Below, piece after piece: positions 1 through 10,064 of a DNA stretch of 64,000 nt (the stretch's first letter is position 1; every line of letters begins with the position of its first letter). The notes beneath the pieces were generated by a model that saw only the letters and a program-made list of their open reading frames with translations, searched no databases and had not been told where the DNA came from. Source of the stretch: Candidatus Lustribacter sp. GTDB taxonomy: Bacteria; Vulcanimicrobiota; Vulcanimicrobiia; Vulcanimicrobiales; Vulcanimicrobiaceae. The DNA lies in contig OZ255842.1 of NCBI GenBank assembly GCA_965277805.1, forward strand, positions 4,352,001-4,416,000, written 5' to 3'. A program made the position numbers and the translations under genes.

Positions 1-2177
1 ATACGAATGATCAGGTAGACCTGATCGCGCGTGCCCGCCGAGAGCGATTCGAGGTCTTCGATCCGGCCCGTCTCCGGCACGCGCGCCTTCACGACGAAGC
101 TCGTCGGGTCGACGCGGATCTCGCTGTAGCGGCCGCCGGTTACGCTGTGCAGCGCGTCCGCCGCATAGGTTTCCAAGCGCCGCGCGAAGGCTTGGTGCGC
201 TTCGTGCGTCAGCCGCGAGACGGTCGAGCCGGCTAAGGCCAACGCGCGATCGAAGGTTTCGAGCTGGTCGAGCTCGGCGCGCAAGCGTTCGACGTCCTCT
301 TCGAGCGGCGCGAGATCGGGGATCGCATTCTCACCGAGCTTGAGTTCCACCGTCAGCGTGGCGGTGGCAAGTTCGGCGTCGCGCATCAAGCGGTCGAGCT
401 CGGCGATGCGGGCGTGGACCTCGTCGCGCAATGCGCGGCCGTAGGTTTCGGCCGGGACGATGCCGGCGGCGGCGAGCGCATCGCGTTCGCTGACCAGCGC
501 GAACTCGTCGTCGTCGCGTAAGATCTCGCTGCGCTGCAGGGCCAGCATCGCCATGCCGTTGTCGACGCCGTCGCGTTTGCGCCGCCGCTGCGCGCGGTCG
601 CCGGCGATGGCCTGGCGTTCGGCGCGCGTCCCGGGCGCGTCGGGAATCAGCTCCGCGGCGATATTGTCGAAGAGTGCGGCCGCACGCCGTTCTTCGGCGC
701 GCAGCTCGGCGGCGCGTTCGGTCGCGCGCTCGGCGCCGGCGCGCATGCGCAGCAGTTCCGCCAGCCGGTCGCGCCGGTGCGCGAGATCCTCGATGCTCGC
801 AACGCCGAGCCGGTCGAGCACGGCAGCGACGGTGGCGCTGGCGTTGCGTTCGGCCGTGAGCGATTCGTCGGCGATGCGCTGCTTCTGCGCGGCGGCCCGG
901 GCGTTGCGGATGCGTTCGCGGCTGCGCCAGCCGACGACCGCGAACGCGACCGCGGCAACCGCGGCGAAGACTTCGGTGAACGACCACCAATGGGCGATCG
1001 CCATGGCGACCGCGAGCACGCCGAACACCGCGCCGATCGCGAGCGCGACGCCGGCCAGCGTGCGGCCGCCGCTGCCTTCGCGCCGGGCCGCCGCCGCTTC
1101 GTTCGCGGCCGCGGCCGCCGCGATGCGCGCCGCCGTGGCCGCATCGGCGGCATCGTGCAGCGCCTGGAACTCCACATCATCGATCGTGCCGGCGTCGGCG
1201 CGCCGTGCCGCGAGTTCGCTTCGTTCGACCAGCGTGAGCGCGCGCAGCTCGGCATCGCTCTCGGCCGAGGCCGCCGCGTTCTCGCTCGCGCGCCAGGCAT
1301 AGAAGGCGGCATCGAGTTCGCCGACGCGGTCGGCCGGGAAGCCGGCGACGTCGTCGTATTGCGCGCGCTCCGATTGGAGCGCGGCCAGGTCATCGCGATA
1401 GACGCGCAATTGTTCGAGCCGCGAACGCAGCTCCGCCGCGTGCAGCGCTTTGAGTTCGCGTTCCGCGCCGGCGCGCCGCTCCGCCAGGCGATCGCGCTCG
1501 GCCACGTTGGCCGCGCGGCGTTCGCGCAATGCGGCCAGCGCGTCGCGGCGATTGCGCGCGCCCTCGGCTTCGGCCGTGCGCCGGGCGAGCGCGTCGCGCA
1601 GCGTTTTCAGCGGGTTGTTCACGGTCGAACGCGGCGTCCCGATGTGCGTTTTACGCGCGTCCTCGAGCCGCTTCACGGCACCGAGCGCGGCGTCTTCCTT
1701 CGGTCCGCCGTCGAGCGCGCGCGCGAGCGCGGTCGCGATCGGCGCGTTGCGCTCGGCTTCGATCCCGACACCTCGCTGCAACACGCACGAGGCGTTGATG
1801 AAGGCATCGTACGGAATCTTCAAGTGCACGTCGCCGGGCGAGATCGTCCGTCCCATCGCAACGTCGCCGGCGATGTCGTTGCCGTCGCGATCGTAGACGT
1901 GCACGCCCTTGCCGTCGCGCGCGTAGTCGCGCTGCACCTCGAACTCGCGCCCGTCGGTCAGCTCGTAGAACAGCGTCGTCGCGTAGGTTCCGCCGTCCCA
2001 CGGCCGCCACGCCTCTTTGCGCCGCCCGCTGCCGTAGAGCGAGGCGACGATCGCCGCTGCGACCGTCGACTTGCCGGCCTCGTTCGGGCCGTAGACCACG
2101 TTGAGCCCGTCGGTGAAGGCGAACGTGCGGCCGGCAAGCCGTCCGAAGCCCGCGACCGTCAAGCGGCGCAGCTTCAC
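1..2177 (-). CDS. Rad50/SbcC-like (YhaN-type) ABC-ATPase with coiled coil and internal hydrophobic hairpin; runs off the window's left edge
   Basis: Absent from the ORF track (no stop in window). Manual translation from GTG at 2177, overlapping the upstream stop (GTGA), gives MKLRRLTVAGFGRLAGRTFAFTDGLNVVYGPNEAGKST (Walker A). The same frame gives ESLSAGTRDQVYLIIR (ABC signature) at positions 50-3. Confidence 0.9.
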   Translation of the reverse strand, partial: MKLRRLTVAGFGRLAGRTFAFTDGLNVVYGPNEAGKSTVAAAIVASLYGSGRRKEAWRPWDGGTYATTLFYELTDGREFEVQRDYARDGKGVHVYDRDGNDIAGDVAMGRTISPGDVHLKIPYDAFINASCVLQRGVGIEAERNAPIATALARALDGGPKEDAALGAVKRLEDARKTHIGTPRSTVNNPLKTLRDALARRTAEAEGARNRRDALAALRERRAANVAERDRLAERRAGAERELKALHAAELRSRLEQLRVYRDDLAALQSERAQYDDVAGFPADRVGELDAAFYAWRASENAAASAESDAELRALTLVERSELAARRADAGTIDDVEFQALHDAADAATAARIAAAAAANEAAAARREGSGGRTLAGVALAIGAVFGVLAVAMAIAHWWSFTEVFAAVAAVAFAVVGWRSRERIRNARAAAQKQRIADESLTAERNASATVAAVLDRLGVASIEDLAHRRDRLAELLRMRAGAERATERAAELRAEERRAAALFDNIAAELIPDAPGTRAERQAIAGDRAQRRRKRDGVDNGMAMLALQRSEILRDDDEFALVSERDALAAAGIVPAETYGRALRDEVHARIAELDRLMRDAELATATLTVELKLGENAIPDLAPLEEDVERLRAELDQLETFDRALALAGSTVSRLTHEAHQAFARRLETYAADALHSVTGGRYSEIRVDPTSFVVKARVPETGRIEDLESLSAGTRDQVYLIIR

Positions 2178-3271
2178 GGTGCGATCTCGATGCCGTCGAA
2201 CGCCGCGACCACGAGCGCGAGTGCGCGGCGCGCATCGTCGTCGCCGCCGTCGGCTGCGGCGAGCAGTTCCGCGACCGCGCGGCCGCGCACGTTCGACTCG
2301 TGCGCGATGGCGGGGTAGTCGGCGATGACGCTGCGGTCGATGAGGTCGAGCCCGCCCAGGTGCGCGCCGGTGCGTTCCGCGAGCAACGCGCGGTCGACGC
2401 GCGTGCCCGGCTGCACCATGCCGCGCAGCGTCGCGCGGACGTAGTCGTCCTTGCCGAGCGTTTCGAACGCGCGTTCGCAGGTCACCATTACCGTGCGCTC
2501 GTCGGCCGCATCTTCGATCGGAATCACGATGTCGAGCAGACGCGTGCGCGCGATCGGCACGCTTTCGATCGCGATCGACGCATCGCCGTGCACGGTGACG
2601 ACGAGCGCGCCGTGGTCGCCGCGCTCGCCGAACTTCACCGGTTCGGGCGACCCGGGGTAGGCGAAGACGGGACCCGCAACGTCGCTGACGATCGAGCCGC
2701 CGTGATAATGACCCGTCAACGTGAGCGTCGTGCCGGCGGCGCGAATTTCGGCCGCGGTGAACGGCGCGGTCGCGCGCTTCCCGGGCGGACAGCGTTCTTC
2801 ATCGCTGCCGTGCACGAGCGCGATGCGCACGCCGCTGCGATCGAACGACGCGCCGGCGAACGGGCGGCCGGGCTCGGCCGGCGTGTGGCCGTAGCCGTAG
2901 AGCGTCACGTCGTGCGCGAGCGGCACCGCGGCCCACGATGCGTCGGCGAATACGCGCACGTTGGGCGGCAGATCGTCGCGCGCGTAGAGCGAGCGCGCGG
3001 CGAACGGATCGTGATTCCCCGGCGCAACGAACACTGGTTTGCCGAATCGCGCGAAGGCGGCGAAGAGAAAACGCGCGGTTGCGGGGCCCGCGCGTTCGCT
3101 TTCGTAGAGATCGCCGCCGATGGTCAAGACGTCGGCGTTGCGCTCGAGCGCGAGGTCGACGATTCGCTCGAACGCATCGGCGAGGGCGGCGCGGCGGGCA
3201 CCGCCGCCGCGCACGTCGGGGAAGACTGTTTCGAGATGCACGTCCGCGGCGTGAACGATCGTCGTCGCCAT
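2174..3271 (-). CDS. Mre11/SbcD-like metallophosphoesterase DNA exonuclease
   Basis: Motifs HAADVHL, GGDLYE, PGNHD, HGS and GHYH; translationally coupled to the Rad50-like ATPase. Confidence 0.9.
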   Translation of the reverse strand: MATTIVHAADVHLETVFPDVRGGGARRAALADAFERIVDLALERNADVLTIGGDLYESERAGPATARFLFAAFARFGKPVFVAPGNHDPFAARSLYARDDLPPNVRVFADASWAAVPLAHDVTLYGYGHTPAEPGRPFAGASFDRSGVRIALVHGSDEERCPPGKRATAPFTAAEIRAAGTTLTLTGHYHGGSIVSDVAGPVFAYPGSPEPVKFGERGDHGALVVTVHGDASIAIESVPIARTRLLDIVIPIEDAADERTVMVTCERAFETLGKDDYVRATLRGMVQPGTRVDRALLAERTGAHLGGLDLIDRSVIADYPAIAHESNVRGRAVAELLAAADGGDDDARRALALVVAAFDGIEIAP

Positions 3272-3287
3272 CGCGGACTTCTTCGCG

Positions 3288-4154
3288 TTAGGTAGTGGTC
3301 AGATACTTCCCATACCATGCGGTCATCTTGGTAAAGGCGTCCGTCGCGTCGGGACCGTTGTAGCTCGCACGCGTGTCGTCGAGAAAACCGTGCTTGCCGT
3401 CAGCGTAGACCACCACCTCGTGTGGGCCGGCGATCTTCGCATACGCGGCCTGCACGTCGGGAATCGCGATGCTGGCGTCGAGCCCGGCATAGAAACCGAT
3501 CACCGCTGCGCTCACCTTCGGCGCCCAATCGAATGCACCGTCCGGCGGCGGTTCGGTCGTCTTGCGATCCGCGCGCACGTAGCCGTAGAGGATAGACGCG
3601 GCGTCGTAGTCTTTGTTCCCGACCATCGCTTGCAGCGCGATGCCGCCGCCCATGCAGTTGCCGTAGAGGCCGACCTTGCCGCGCGCCGACTTCGTGCGGA
3701 TCCACTCTTTGCCCGCGAGCAGGTCGCCCGTCATTTTGTTTCCGGCGTACAGCGCGGTAACGGCCGCGGCCATCACGCTGGTGTCGGCAACGCCGTCGCC
3801 ATTGGGCGGGTTCGCGCGGTCGAAGATGCCGGGCGCGATCGCGATGTAGCCGAGTTTGGCGAACCGGCGCGCGAGATCGCGATACTGTGCATCGACGCCC
3901 CAGATGTGGGCCGACATCACGATGCCCGGCGTCGTCGGCGTGATGTTCTTCGGCATCGCGACATACGCGCTGATCGTTGCGTCGGGCCGCGTGAGCGAGA
4001 TGTGTTGCGTCGTGATTGCCGGGTCGTTCTCCGGAACGATCGGCGGATGAGGGTGCCCGAAATCCGTGGACTGTGCGCCGGCGGGAACGGCTTGCGCGGC
4101 AGCGATTGCCGCAACGGATCCGCCCATAAACTTGCTGCGGTCGATCGTCGTCAT
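3288..4154 (-). CDS. Dienelactone hydrolase family protein with export signal
   Basis: G-N-C-M-G-G nucleophile motif, HIWG, D...HGF. Start chosen at ATG 4154 (MTTIDRSKFM), downstream of an AGGAG RBS. Confidence 0.85.
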   Translation of the reverse strand: MTTIDRSKFMGGSVAAIAAAQAVPAGAQSTDFGHPHPPIVPENDPAITTQHISLTRPDATISAYVAMPKNITPTTPGIVMSAHIWGVDAQYRDLARRFAKLGYIAIAPGIFDRANPPNGDGVADTSVMAAAVTALYAGNKMTGDLLAGKEWIRTKSARGKVGLYGNCMGGGIALQAMVGNKDYDAASILYGYVRADRKTTEPPPDGAFDWAPKVSAAVIGFYAGLDASIAIPDVQAAYAKIAGPHEVVVYADGKHGFLDDTRASYNGPDATDAFTKMTAWYGKYLTTT

Positions 4155-4214
4155 GGAGAAGCTCCTATTCACGTGATCAGGGGAGTTGTGGTAATCGGCA
4201 CCAAACGTCCTCGG

Positions 4215-4868
4215 ATGCGTATCACGAACAGCGTCCCTTTCCTGCGTGCCGCCGCCGTAGCAGCTGCCGTTGTTGCGGTGGTACTCGGTCAATGCGGAAC
4301 GGCACGTGCCGACATCGTCGACGAGTGGAGCACGATCAAACCGCCGGCAGCAGCGCCCGAACTCAAGCCGGTTGCGCTGGACGCAAAGACCACCGCGCTC
4401 TTGATGCTCGACTTCTTACCGCCGAACTGCGGCGCCTCGCCCCGCTGCATCGCCTCGCTTTTGAAGGTTCGTCCGCTGCTCGATGCGGCGCGCGCGGCAA
4501 AAGCACTTATCGTTTATTCAGAATTTCCACCCGTACCGATGACGTCGATCTTGGCGCAGGTCACGCCGCTGGGCGGCGAACCGAACGTCGTCGCGCTCGC
4601 CGACAAGTTCATCAACACGAACCTCGATCAGATCCTCAAGGATAAGGGGATCAAGACCGTGATCGTGGTCGGCGCAGCGGCCAACGGCGCCGTGCTCTAT
4701 ACGGGCAGCGACGCCGCGATGCGCGGTTACAAGGTCATCGTGCCGGTCGACGGCATGTCCGGAAATTCACCCTACGCGGAAGCCTACACGGCGACGCAGA
4801 TGGCCACCGGACCGACGGTCGGACAAAACGTGACGCTCACGCGGAGCGGGATGGTGACGTTCCAGTAA
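4215..4868 (+). CDS. Isochorismatase/cysteine-hydrolase family protein with signal peptide
   Basis: TALLMLDF, DKFINTNLDQILKDKGIKTVIVVG and RGYKVIVPVD motifs; hydrophobic N-terminus ending ARA. This is the 3' part of ORF 3390..4868. Confidence 0.85.
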   Translation: MRITNSVPFLRAAAVAAAVVAVVLGQCGTARADIVDEWSTIKPPAAAPELKPVALDAKTTALLMLDFLPPNCGASPRCIASLLKVRPLLDAARAAKALIVYSEFPPVPMTSILAQVTPLGGEPNVVALADKFINTNLDQILKDKGIKTVIVVGAAANGAVLYTGSDAAMRGYKVIVPVDGMSGNSPYAEAYTATQMATGPTVGQNVTLTRSGMVTFQ

Positions 4869-4893
4869 CATCCCGCCCGGTGAACGCGTTCTT

Positions 4894-5322
4894 CTATTGG
4901 TAGAGCTGGCCGCAGGCGACGGGCTTCCCGCCCGGCGTGTTGTTGCTGTACACGACCACGACGTAGTTGCCGGAGAGCAGCCGGTCTTGCGTCATGTGGA
5001 CGACGCCGCGCGAGATGCCGTGCACCAGATCGGCGCTGCGGGCGATGATGCCGGGCGAGATCGTATCGCATGACCTGCCGCGCTGCACGGCGACGGTCTG
5101 CACGCGGCCGGGGCGCGTGCCCTCGAGCGAAGTGACGAGGCGGGTCGATGCGCCGGCCTTGAACAGCGTGACGAACCCGGTTTGGCCCGAGTTGTTGAGT
5201 TCCATCACCCCGCGCTGCAGACCGGCCCCGAAAGGCACGCCGCCGGGCGGCGCTTGAGCGAAGGCCGGCGCGGCCGATAGCAGCAGCGCAGCCGAAATTA
5301 GACCGAAAATCGATTTCATCAT
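4894..5322 (-). CDS. Secreted beta-rich hypothetical protein (Cu/Zn-SOD-like or CHRD-like pattern)
   Basis: Signal peptide [33 protein letters not shown]; Cys pair in GRSCD and C-terminal VACG. Confidence 0.65.
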   Translation of the reverse strand: MMKSIFGLISAALLLSAAPAFAQAPPGGVPFGAGLQRGVMELNNSGQTGFVTLFKAGASTRLVTSLEGTRPGRVQTVAVQRGRSCDTISPGIIARSADLVHGISRGVVHMTQDRLLSGNYVVVVYSNNTPGGKPVACGQLYQ

Positions 5323-5431
5323 AAGAGCATCCCCCTCCAACAGCGGATGCGGACCTGTTTGGCGCGCGCGGTACCGTGCCTCCCGGCCCGCCCGGAGGCC
5401 CCTGACGGCCTTCCTGGGAAGGCGTTTGGCC

Positions 5432-6685
5432 ATGGCAACGACGGTAATGGCCCACGGCGGCCCCGGAATCGAGAACGACGACGCGCTCGGCATCGAGCGC
5501 CGGGCGATCTGGTTCATCTCCAGCGCGCACTTGGTCTCGCACTTTTACATCCTGGCCCTGGCGCCGCTCTTTCCGCTCCTCAACGGGTTCCTCGGCGTCA
5601 GCTTCGTGCAACTGGGCCTCGCTCTGACGGTCTTCAACGTCGTCTCGGTGCTCGTGCAAACGCCGGTCGGCATCATGGTCGACCGCGTCGGTTCGCGCAA
5701 ATTGCTCGTCGCTGCGCTCGTCTTGGGCGGTCTGTCGCTTGCGTCGTTTGCCGTTATCCCAACCTACGCGTGGCTGCTCGTCGTGATGGCGCTGCTCGGT
5801 TTGGCGAATGCCGTGTACCATCCGGCCGACTACGATCTCCTCAATGCGGCGGTCGCACCCAAGCGTGTCGGGCGCGCCTTTTCGTATCACACGTTTTCGG
5901 GCTACGTCGGCTTCGGGCTCGCCCCGGTCGTGATGATCGGCGTCGGCACGACGTACGGCGTGAAAGCGGCGTTCATCGTCGCCGGACTGCTGGGATTGAT
6001 CGCGGCGATTCCGCTCGTGTTCGCGCGGCAGCTCGACCGTCGTCCGGCGAACGAGCAACACGAAGCGGCCGCCGCGCCGGCCGGTACGCGCGCGCTGCTA
6101 ACGCCGACCATCCTAACCTTGACGCTATGGTTCATGCTGCTCGCGCTATCGACCAGCGGCATGCAGAACTTTTCGCTCGTTGCGCTCAACACGATGTACG
6201 GGATTCCGCTCGGTCTCGCCGGCGTTGCGCTGACCGTGTTTCTCGTCGGTAGCGCGCTCGGCGTTCTAGCCGGCGGTCACATCGCCGACAAAACGACGCG
6301 TCACGGCGAAGTCGCGATGGCCGGCTTCTTCGCGTGCGCGGTGGTGACGATCGCCATCGGCACGTTCAACGCCGGCGCCTACGGTATCGCGGCGCTGCTC
6401 GGCATCGCCGGCTTCTGCTCGGGCTTGATTCAGCCGTCGCGCGACATGCTCGTGCGCAAAGCCGCGCCGCCCGGCGCGATGGGGCGCACGTTCGGCGTGG
6501 TGACGACCGGTTTCAGCCTCGGCGGAACGGTCGGCCCGCTGCTCTACGGCGCGCTGATCGATCACGGTCAGCCGCGCCAGATCTACTACGTCGGCGCAGC
6601 CTTCATGCTCGTCACCGTAGCGCTCGCGTTCTACTCACAACGCCTCGAGAAGGTCACCCCGAGCGTGTCGAGGGACAGCGCCTAA
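5432..6685 (+). CDS. MFS transporter (FSR-like)
   Basis: About 12 hydrophobic segments; motif [17 protein letters not shown]. Confidence 0.9.
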   Translation: MATTVMAHGGPGIENDDALGIERRAIWFISSAHLVSHFYILALAPLFPLLNGFLGVSFVQLGLALTVFNVVSVLVQTPVGIMVDRVGSRKLLVAALVLGGLSLASFAVIPTYAWLLVVMALLGLANAVYHPADYDLLNAAVAPKRVGRAFSYHTFSGYVGFGLAPVVMIGVGTTYGVKAAFIVAGLLGLIAAIPLVFARQLDRRPANEQHEAAAAPAGTRALLTPTILTLTLWFMLLALSTSGMQNFSLVALNTMYGIPLGLAGVALTVFLVGSALGVLAGGHIADKTTRHGEVAMAGFFACAVVTIAIGTFNAGAYGIAALLGIAGFCSGLIQPSRDMLVRKAAPPGAMGRTFGVVTTGFSLGGTVGPLLYGALIDHGQPRQIYYVGAAFMLVTVALAFYSQRLEKVTPSVSRDSA

Positions 6686-6687
6686 AG

Positions 6688-7350
6688 CTACGAGGCCTTG
6701 CGGAGCGTGATGCTGTAGCGGCGTACGCCCGTAAGCGGATGCGTCTCGCCGCCTTTGAGTTGCTTGACGCCGTGGAAATGGAGCCGCGAGGGTCCGCCAA
6801 ACACCATCACGTCGCCGTGCCGGAGCAAGTGCGGCTTCGTCTTATCGGTGCGCTCGTTGCCGCCCCACATGAACGAAACCGAAACGCCGACCGAAATCGT
6901 GACCACGGGTTGACTCGTATCTCGCTCCCCGTCTCGATGCAGCGAAGACGTCGTGTCCGGGTTGTAGCGGTTGATCAAGCACGAATCCGGCGTGAAGTCC
7001 GCGTAACCGGCCGTTGCCGCAGCAGAGCGTGCAACCTCGAAAAATGACGGCGGCATCGGCGGCCACGGTTTGCCCGTCAACGGGTCGATGGGATCGTAGC
7101 GGTAACCGCTGCGATCGCTCACCCAGCTAAGTGGTCCGCAACCGGTCGTCTCGACATGAATTTCGAAGCCCTTGCGCGTCACCATATGGCGGAACGGAGA
7201 GACGGCTTCGACCGCGCGCAGATCGGCGAACAGCGTCTCCATCTGCTCGCGCGCGTAGCCGGCCAAGATGACCGCACCCGGGCTCACCCAGATCTCTTCT
7301 TTTTTCCGTTCCGGCTCATCGAAGAGACGGAGACTCGTCGGCTGATTCAA
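6688..7350 (-). CDS. alkB: Alpha-ketoglutarate-dependent DNA oxidative demethylase AlkB
   Basis: WVSDRSGYRY, PLTGKPWPPMP, PDSCLINRY, HxD (LHRD), FHGV and RYSITLRKA. Confidence 0.92.
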   Translation of the reverse strand: MNQPTSLRLFDEPERKKEEIWVSPGAVILAGYAREQMETLFADLRAVEAVSPFRHMVTRKGFEIHVETTGCGPLSWVSDRSGYRYDPIDPLTGKPWPPMPPSFFEVARSAAATAGYADFTPDSCLINRYNPDTTSSLHRDGERDTSQPVVTISVGVSVSFMWGGNERTDKTKPHLLRHGDVMVFGGPSRLHFHGVKQLKGGETHPLTGVRRYSITLRKAS

Positions 7351-7380
7351 AATTGGATTCAGAAAACGCGCCGATAGCGT

Positions 7381-9069
7381 CTAGCGCCTGGCGTTTGCAA
7401 CCGGAATGACGATCACGGTCGAACGCTTCGACGCTAACGCCGCAGCGATCGCGGGTTCGAGCTTCGCCGGATCGTCGATGCGCATCGCATCGGCGCCGTA
7501 ACCGCGCGCGACGGTCACGTGATCGAGCGCCGCGAGGTTGGTGCCGGGGTGCGTTTCGTCGGCCTTGTCGACGCCAAGGTGACGTTCGATCGCGAGCTTC
7601 ACCGCGAGGTAGCCGCTGTTGTCGACGACGATGCAGAGGATCGGCGCGTCTTCGCGCGCCGCGGTCCATAGCGCCTGTGGCGTGAAGTTGAACGAGCCGT
7701 CGCCGACGACGGTGACGACGGTGCGATCCGGACATGCGATCTTCGCGCCGACGGCCGCGGGCAGCGCCCAGCCGAGCGAACCACCGTTGGTGCGGAAGAC
7801 GCGCGAATCGGCGGGAAACGCGGTATGGCGCAGCAACGGACGAGATGACGACACGGCCTCATCGAAGAGCAGCGTGCCGGGCGGCAGCGTCGCGCTGAGG
7901 GCATCGCAGAGCGTGGCCAGCGAAATCGCGCCGGCTTCTTCGGCGAGTTCGTCGTGGCGTTTGCGATCGGCGGCATTGGCGGCGCGATACTGCGTGCGCA
8001 GATCTTCGAGCCGCGCGATGCGTTCGGCACGCGGCTGCGCCGGCAAACCGCCGGCCTTAACCGTTTCGGCGAGCAGATCGGCCAGCACCGCGTGCGCATC
8101 GCCCGCGAGCCCGACGTCGGGCACGAACGTCCAGCCGATTTGCGCGGCATCGGCCGACGCGTGGATGAGCTTCGCGCCCTCGGGCAACTTCGCGGCGCCT
8201 TCGGTCGAGAACGGAAAGAACGCGCGCGCACCGATCACCGCGACGCAGTCCGCATCGGCGATCAGTGAGCGCTGTTCGCCGTACTGACCGAGATAGCGCG
8301 GATCGCCGACCGGATACGGCAGTTCGTTGAGCTGCGTGCGCTCGATGGCGAACACCGGCAACTCCAGCGCTTCGGCGAGCGCGCGCGCCGCGGCAGCGTA
8401 TGGCGCCGTCGACGAGCCGAGCACGAGCATCGGGCGGCGCGCATCGAGCAACGAGCGCACGGCGGCGGTCACCGCTAGCGCGTCGGGCCGGCGTTCGAGA
8501 TGCGCGTCCGGTGACGCGGTAAAGGCGCGCGCATCGCCGGCGTCCGCTGGGACCGCGCCGGCTTGCACGTCCTCGGGAATCGCGAGATACGCCGGCCCGG
8601 GCGGGTTCGCCGCGGCGATGTTGATCGCGCGGCGCAGGTCGCTGCCGACGGCGTCGGCGGTAAGGCTCTGCCACGAATGTTTGACGAAGCTGCGCGCGAG
8701 CGACGGCAGGTCGGGCAACGCGCAGAAACCGTCGTTCGCCAGGACGCCCGAATCTTTGTGCCCGGCGGTGACGACGATGGCCGAGTTGTCGCGCGCCGCG
8801 TTGTAGATCTGGCTGAGGCCGTTCATCGTGCCGACGGTCGTGTGCAAGCCGGCCACGCCGATGCGATTGCCCGCGCGCGCGTAGCCGTCGGTCATCGCGA
8901 CCGTGATCGTCTCTTGCAGCGTGAGGACGTAGCGAATCGCCGGGTCGGTGCGCATCGCTTCGAGCAGCGGCGCCTCGGTCGAGCCGGGCAAACCGAACAG
9001 CACGTCGATCTTATTGGCTTTGAGCGTGGCGAGGAAGGCGTGCGCGCCGGTCGTTTGCGTCTCGAGCAT
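7381..9069 (-). CDS. Thiamine-diphosphate-dependent enzyme, benzoylformate decarboxylase-like
   Basis: FGLPGSTE, LQE, GGSLGWALP and the ThDP motif GDGS...DNSGY. Confidence 0.88.
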   Translation of the reverse strand: MLETQTTGAHAFLATLKANKIDVLFGLPGSTEAPLLEAMRTDPAIRYVLTLQETITVAMTDGYARAGNRIGVAGLHTTVGTMNGLSQIYNAARDNSAIVVTAGHKDSGVLANDGFCALPDLPSLARSFVKHSWQSLTADAVGSDLRRAINIAAANPPGPAYLAIPEDVQAGAVPADAGDARAFTASPDAHLERRPDALAVTAAVRSLLDARRPMLVLGSSTAPYAAAARALAEALELPVFAIERTQLNELPYPVGDPRYLGQYGEQRSLIADADCVAVIGARAFFPFSTEGAAKLPEGAKLIHASADAAQIGWTFVPDVGLAGDAHAVLADLLAETVKAGGLPAQPRAERIARLEDLRTQYRAANAADRKRHDELAEEAGAISLATLCDALSATLPPGTLLFDEAVSSSRPLLRHTAFPADSRVFRTNGGSLGWALPAAVGAKIACPDRTVVTVVGDGSFNFTPQALWTAAREDAPILCIVVDNSGYLAVKLAIERHLGVDKADETHPGTNLAALDHVTVARGYGADAMRIDDPAKLEPAIAAALASKRSTVIVIPVANARR

Positions 9070-9073
9070 GATG

Positions 9074-10030
9074 TCAGGCTTTCGGTGCTTTCCAGATGAT
9101 GTCGTTAGCGTTGAGGGCGTGATCGACGTCGTTGTACTTCACTCCGGTATCGATCAGCGCTTGAATTTGACTGGGCACGATGTCGACGCCGAACGTGGAG
9201 CGCGTCATCGCGGCGATCGTTTCCGGTTTGATCGGCGTGTACCGCACGAGGATCGCGCCGCTCTCTTTCGGATGACCGTTGGCCCAGATCGCGGCGCGGC
9301 GCAGCACATCGACGACTTTCGCCGCGACGGCCGGTTGCGTTTGCAGCCAGGTGCCGTTGGCGAACCACGTCGTCGCCGGAATGGTGGGGGCGATCGCATC
9401 CATCGGGCTCGCCAGAATGCGCGCGACCGGTCGCGCGGCTGAGATGTACGGTTCGGCGAGCGTCGCCGCATCGACGCGGTGCGCGGCCAGCGCATCGGCC
9501 ATTGCCGGAAACGGCAGCTCGAGCCACTTCACGCTCTTGCTGTTGCCGCCGTTCTTGTCGATCCACGCTTGCGTCGCGTACATCAATACGTTGCCGAGTC
9601 CGTTGACCGCGATCGTCTTGCCGTTGAGGTCGGCGGCGGTTTTGATCGGCGAGTCGAGCGCGACCATCGTGATGTCGGTGGGCGCGGTGCTGAGCGACAT
9701 CCCGGCCGGCGCGATGATCTTCACGCCGAGGCCTTTGACGAAGCCCTGCGCGACCGGCCCGACGGCCGAGAGCCCGACGTCGAGTGCACCCGAGACGACC
9801 GCCGCAACGAGCGCGCCGCCGTTGGCGAGCGTCGTGATCTCCACGTCGATGCCGGCTTGATCGAACCAGCCCAAGTCTTTCCCGTAGAACGTCTGCCCGG
9901 CCGATTCGACCGGCTGAACGCCGATGCGCACCGGGGCATTCGCCGCTCGTGCAGGCAGGGCGGTAGCGGCCGACGCCGCCGCGATCAGGGAAAGTGCCGC
10001 GCGGCGGCCGAGATGGCGTTCGGGCATCAT
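9074..10030 (-). CDS. SsuA/NMT1-type ABC substrate-binding protein
   Basis: Tat-like LGRRAAL signal; DLNGKTIAVN; RVDAATLAEP. Confidence 0.88.
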   Translation of the reverse strand: MMPERHLGRRAALSLIAAASAATALPARAANAPVRIGVQPVESAGQTFYGKDLGWFDQAGIDVEITTLANGGALVAAVVSGALDVGLSAVGPVAQGFVKGLGVKIIAPAGMSLSTAPTDITMVALDSPIKTAADLNGKTIAVNGLGNVLMYATQAWIDKNGGNSKSVKWLELPFPAMADALAAHRVDAATLAEPYISAARPVARILASPMDAIAPTIPATTWFANGTWLQTQPAVAAKVVDVLRRAAIWANGHPKESGAILVRYTPIKPETIAAMTRSTFGVDIVPSQIQALIDTGVKYNDVDHALNANDIIWKAPKA

Positions 10031-10064
10031 CCCACCTTTGGAGGGACGCCGCACGCCGCCTGCG

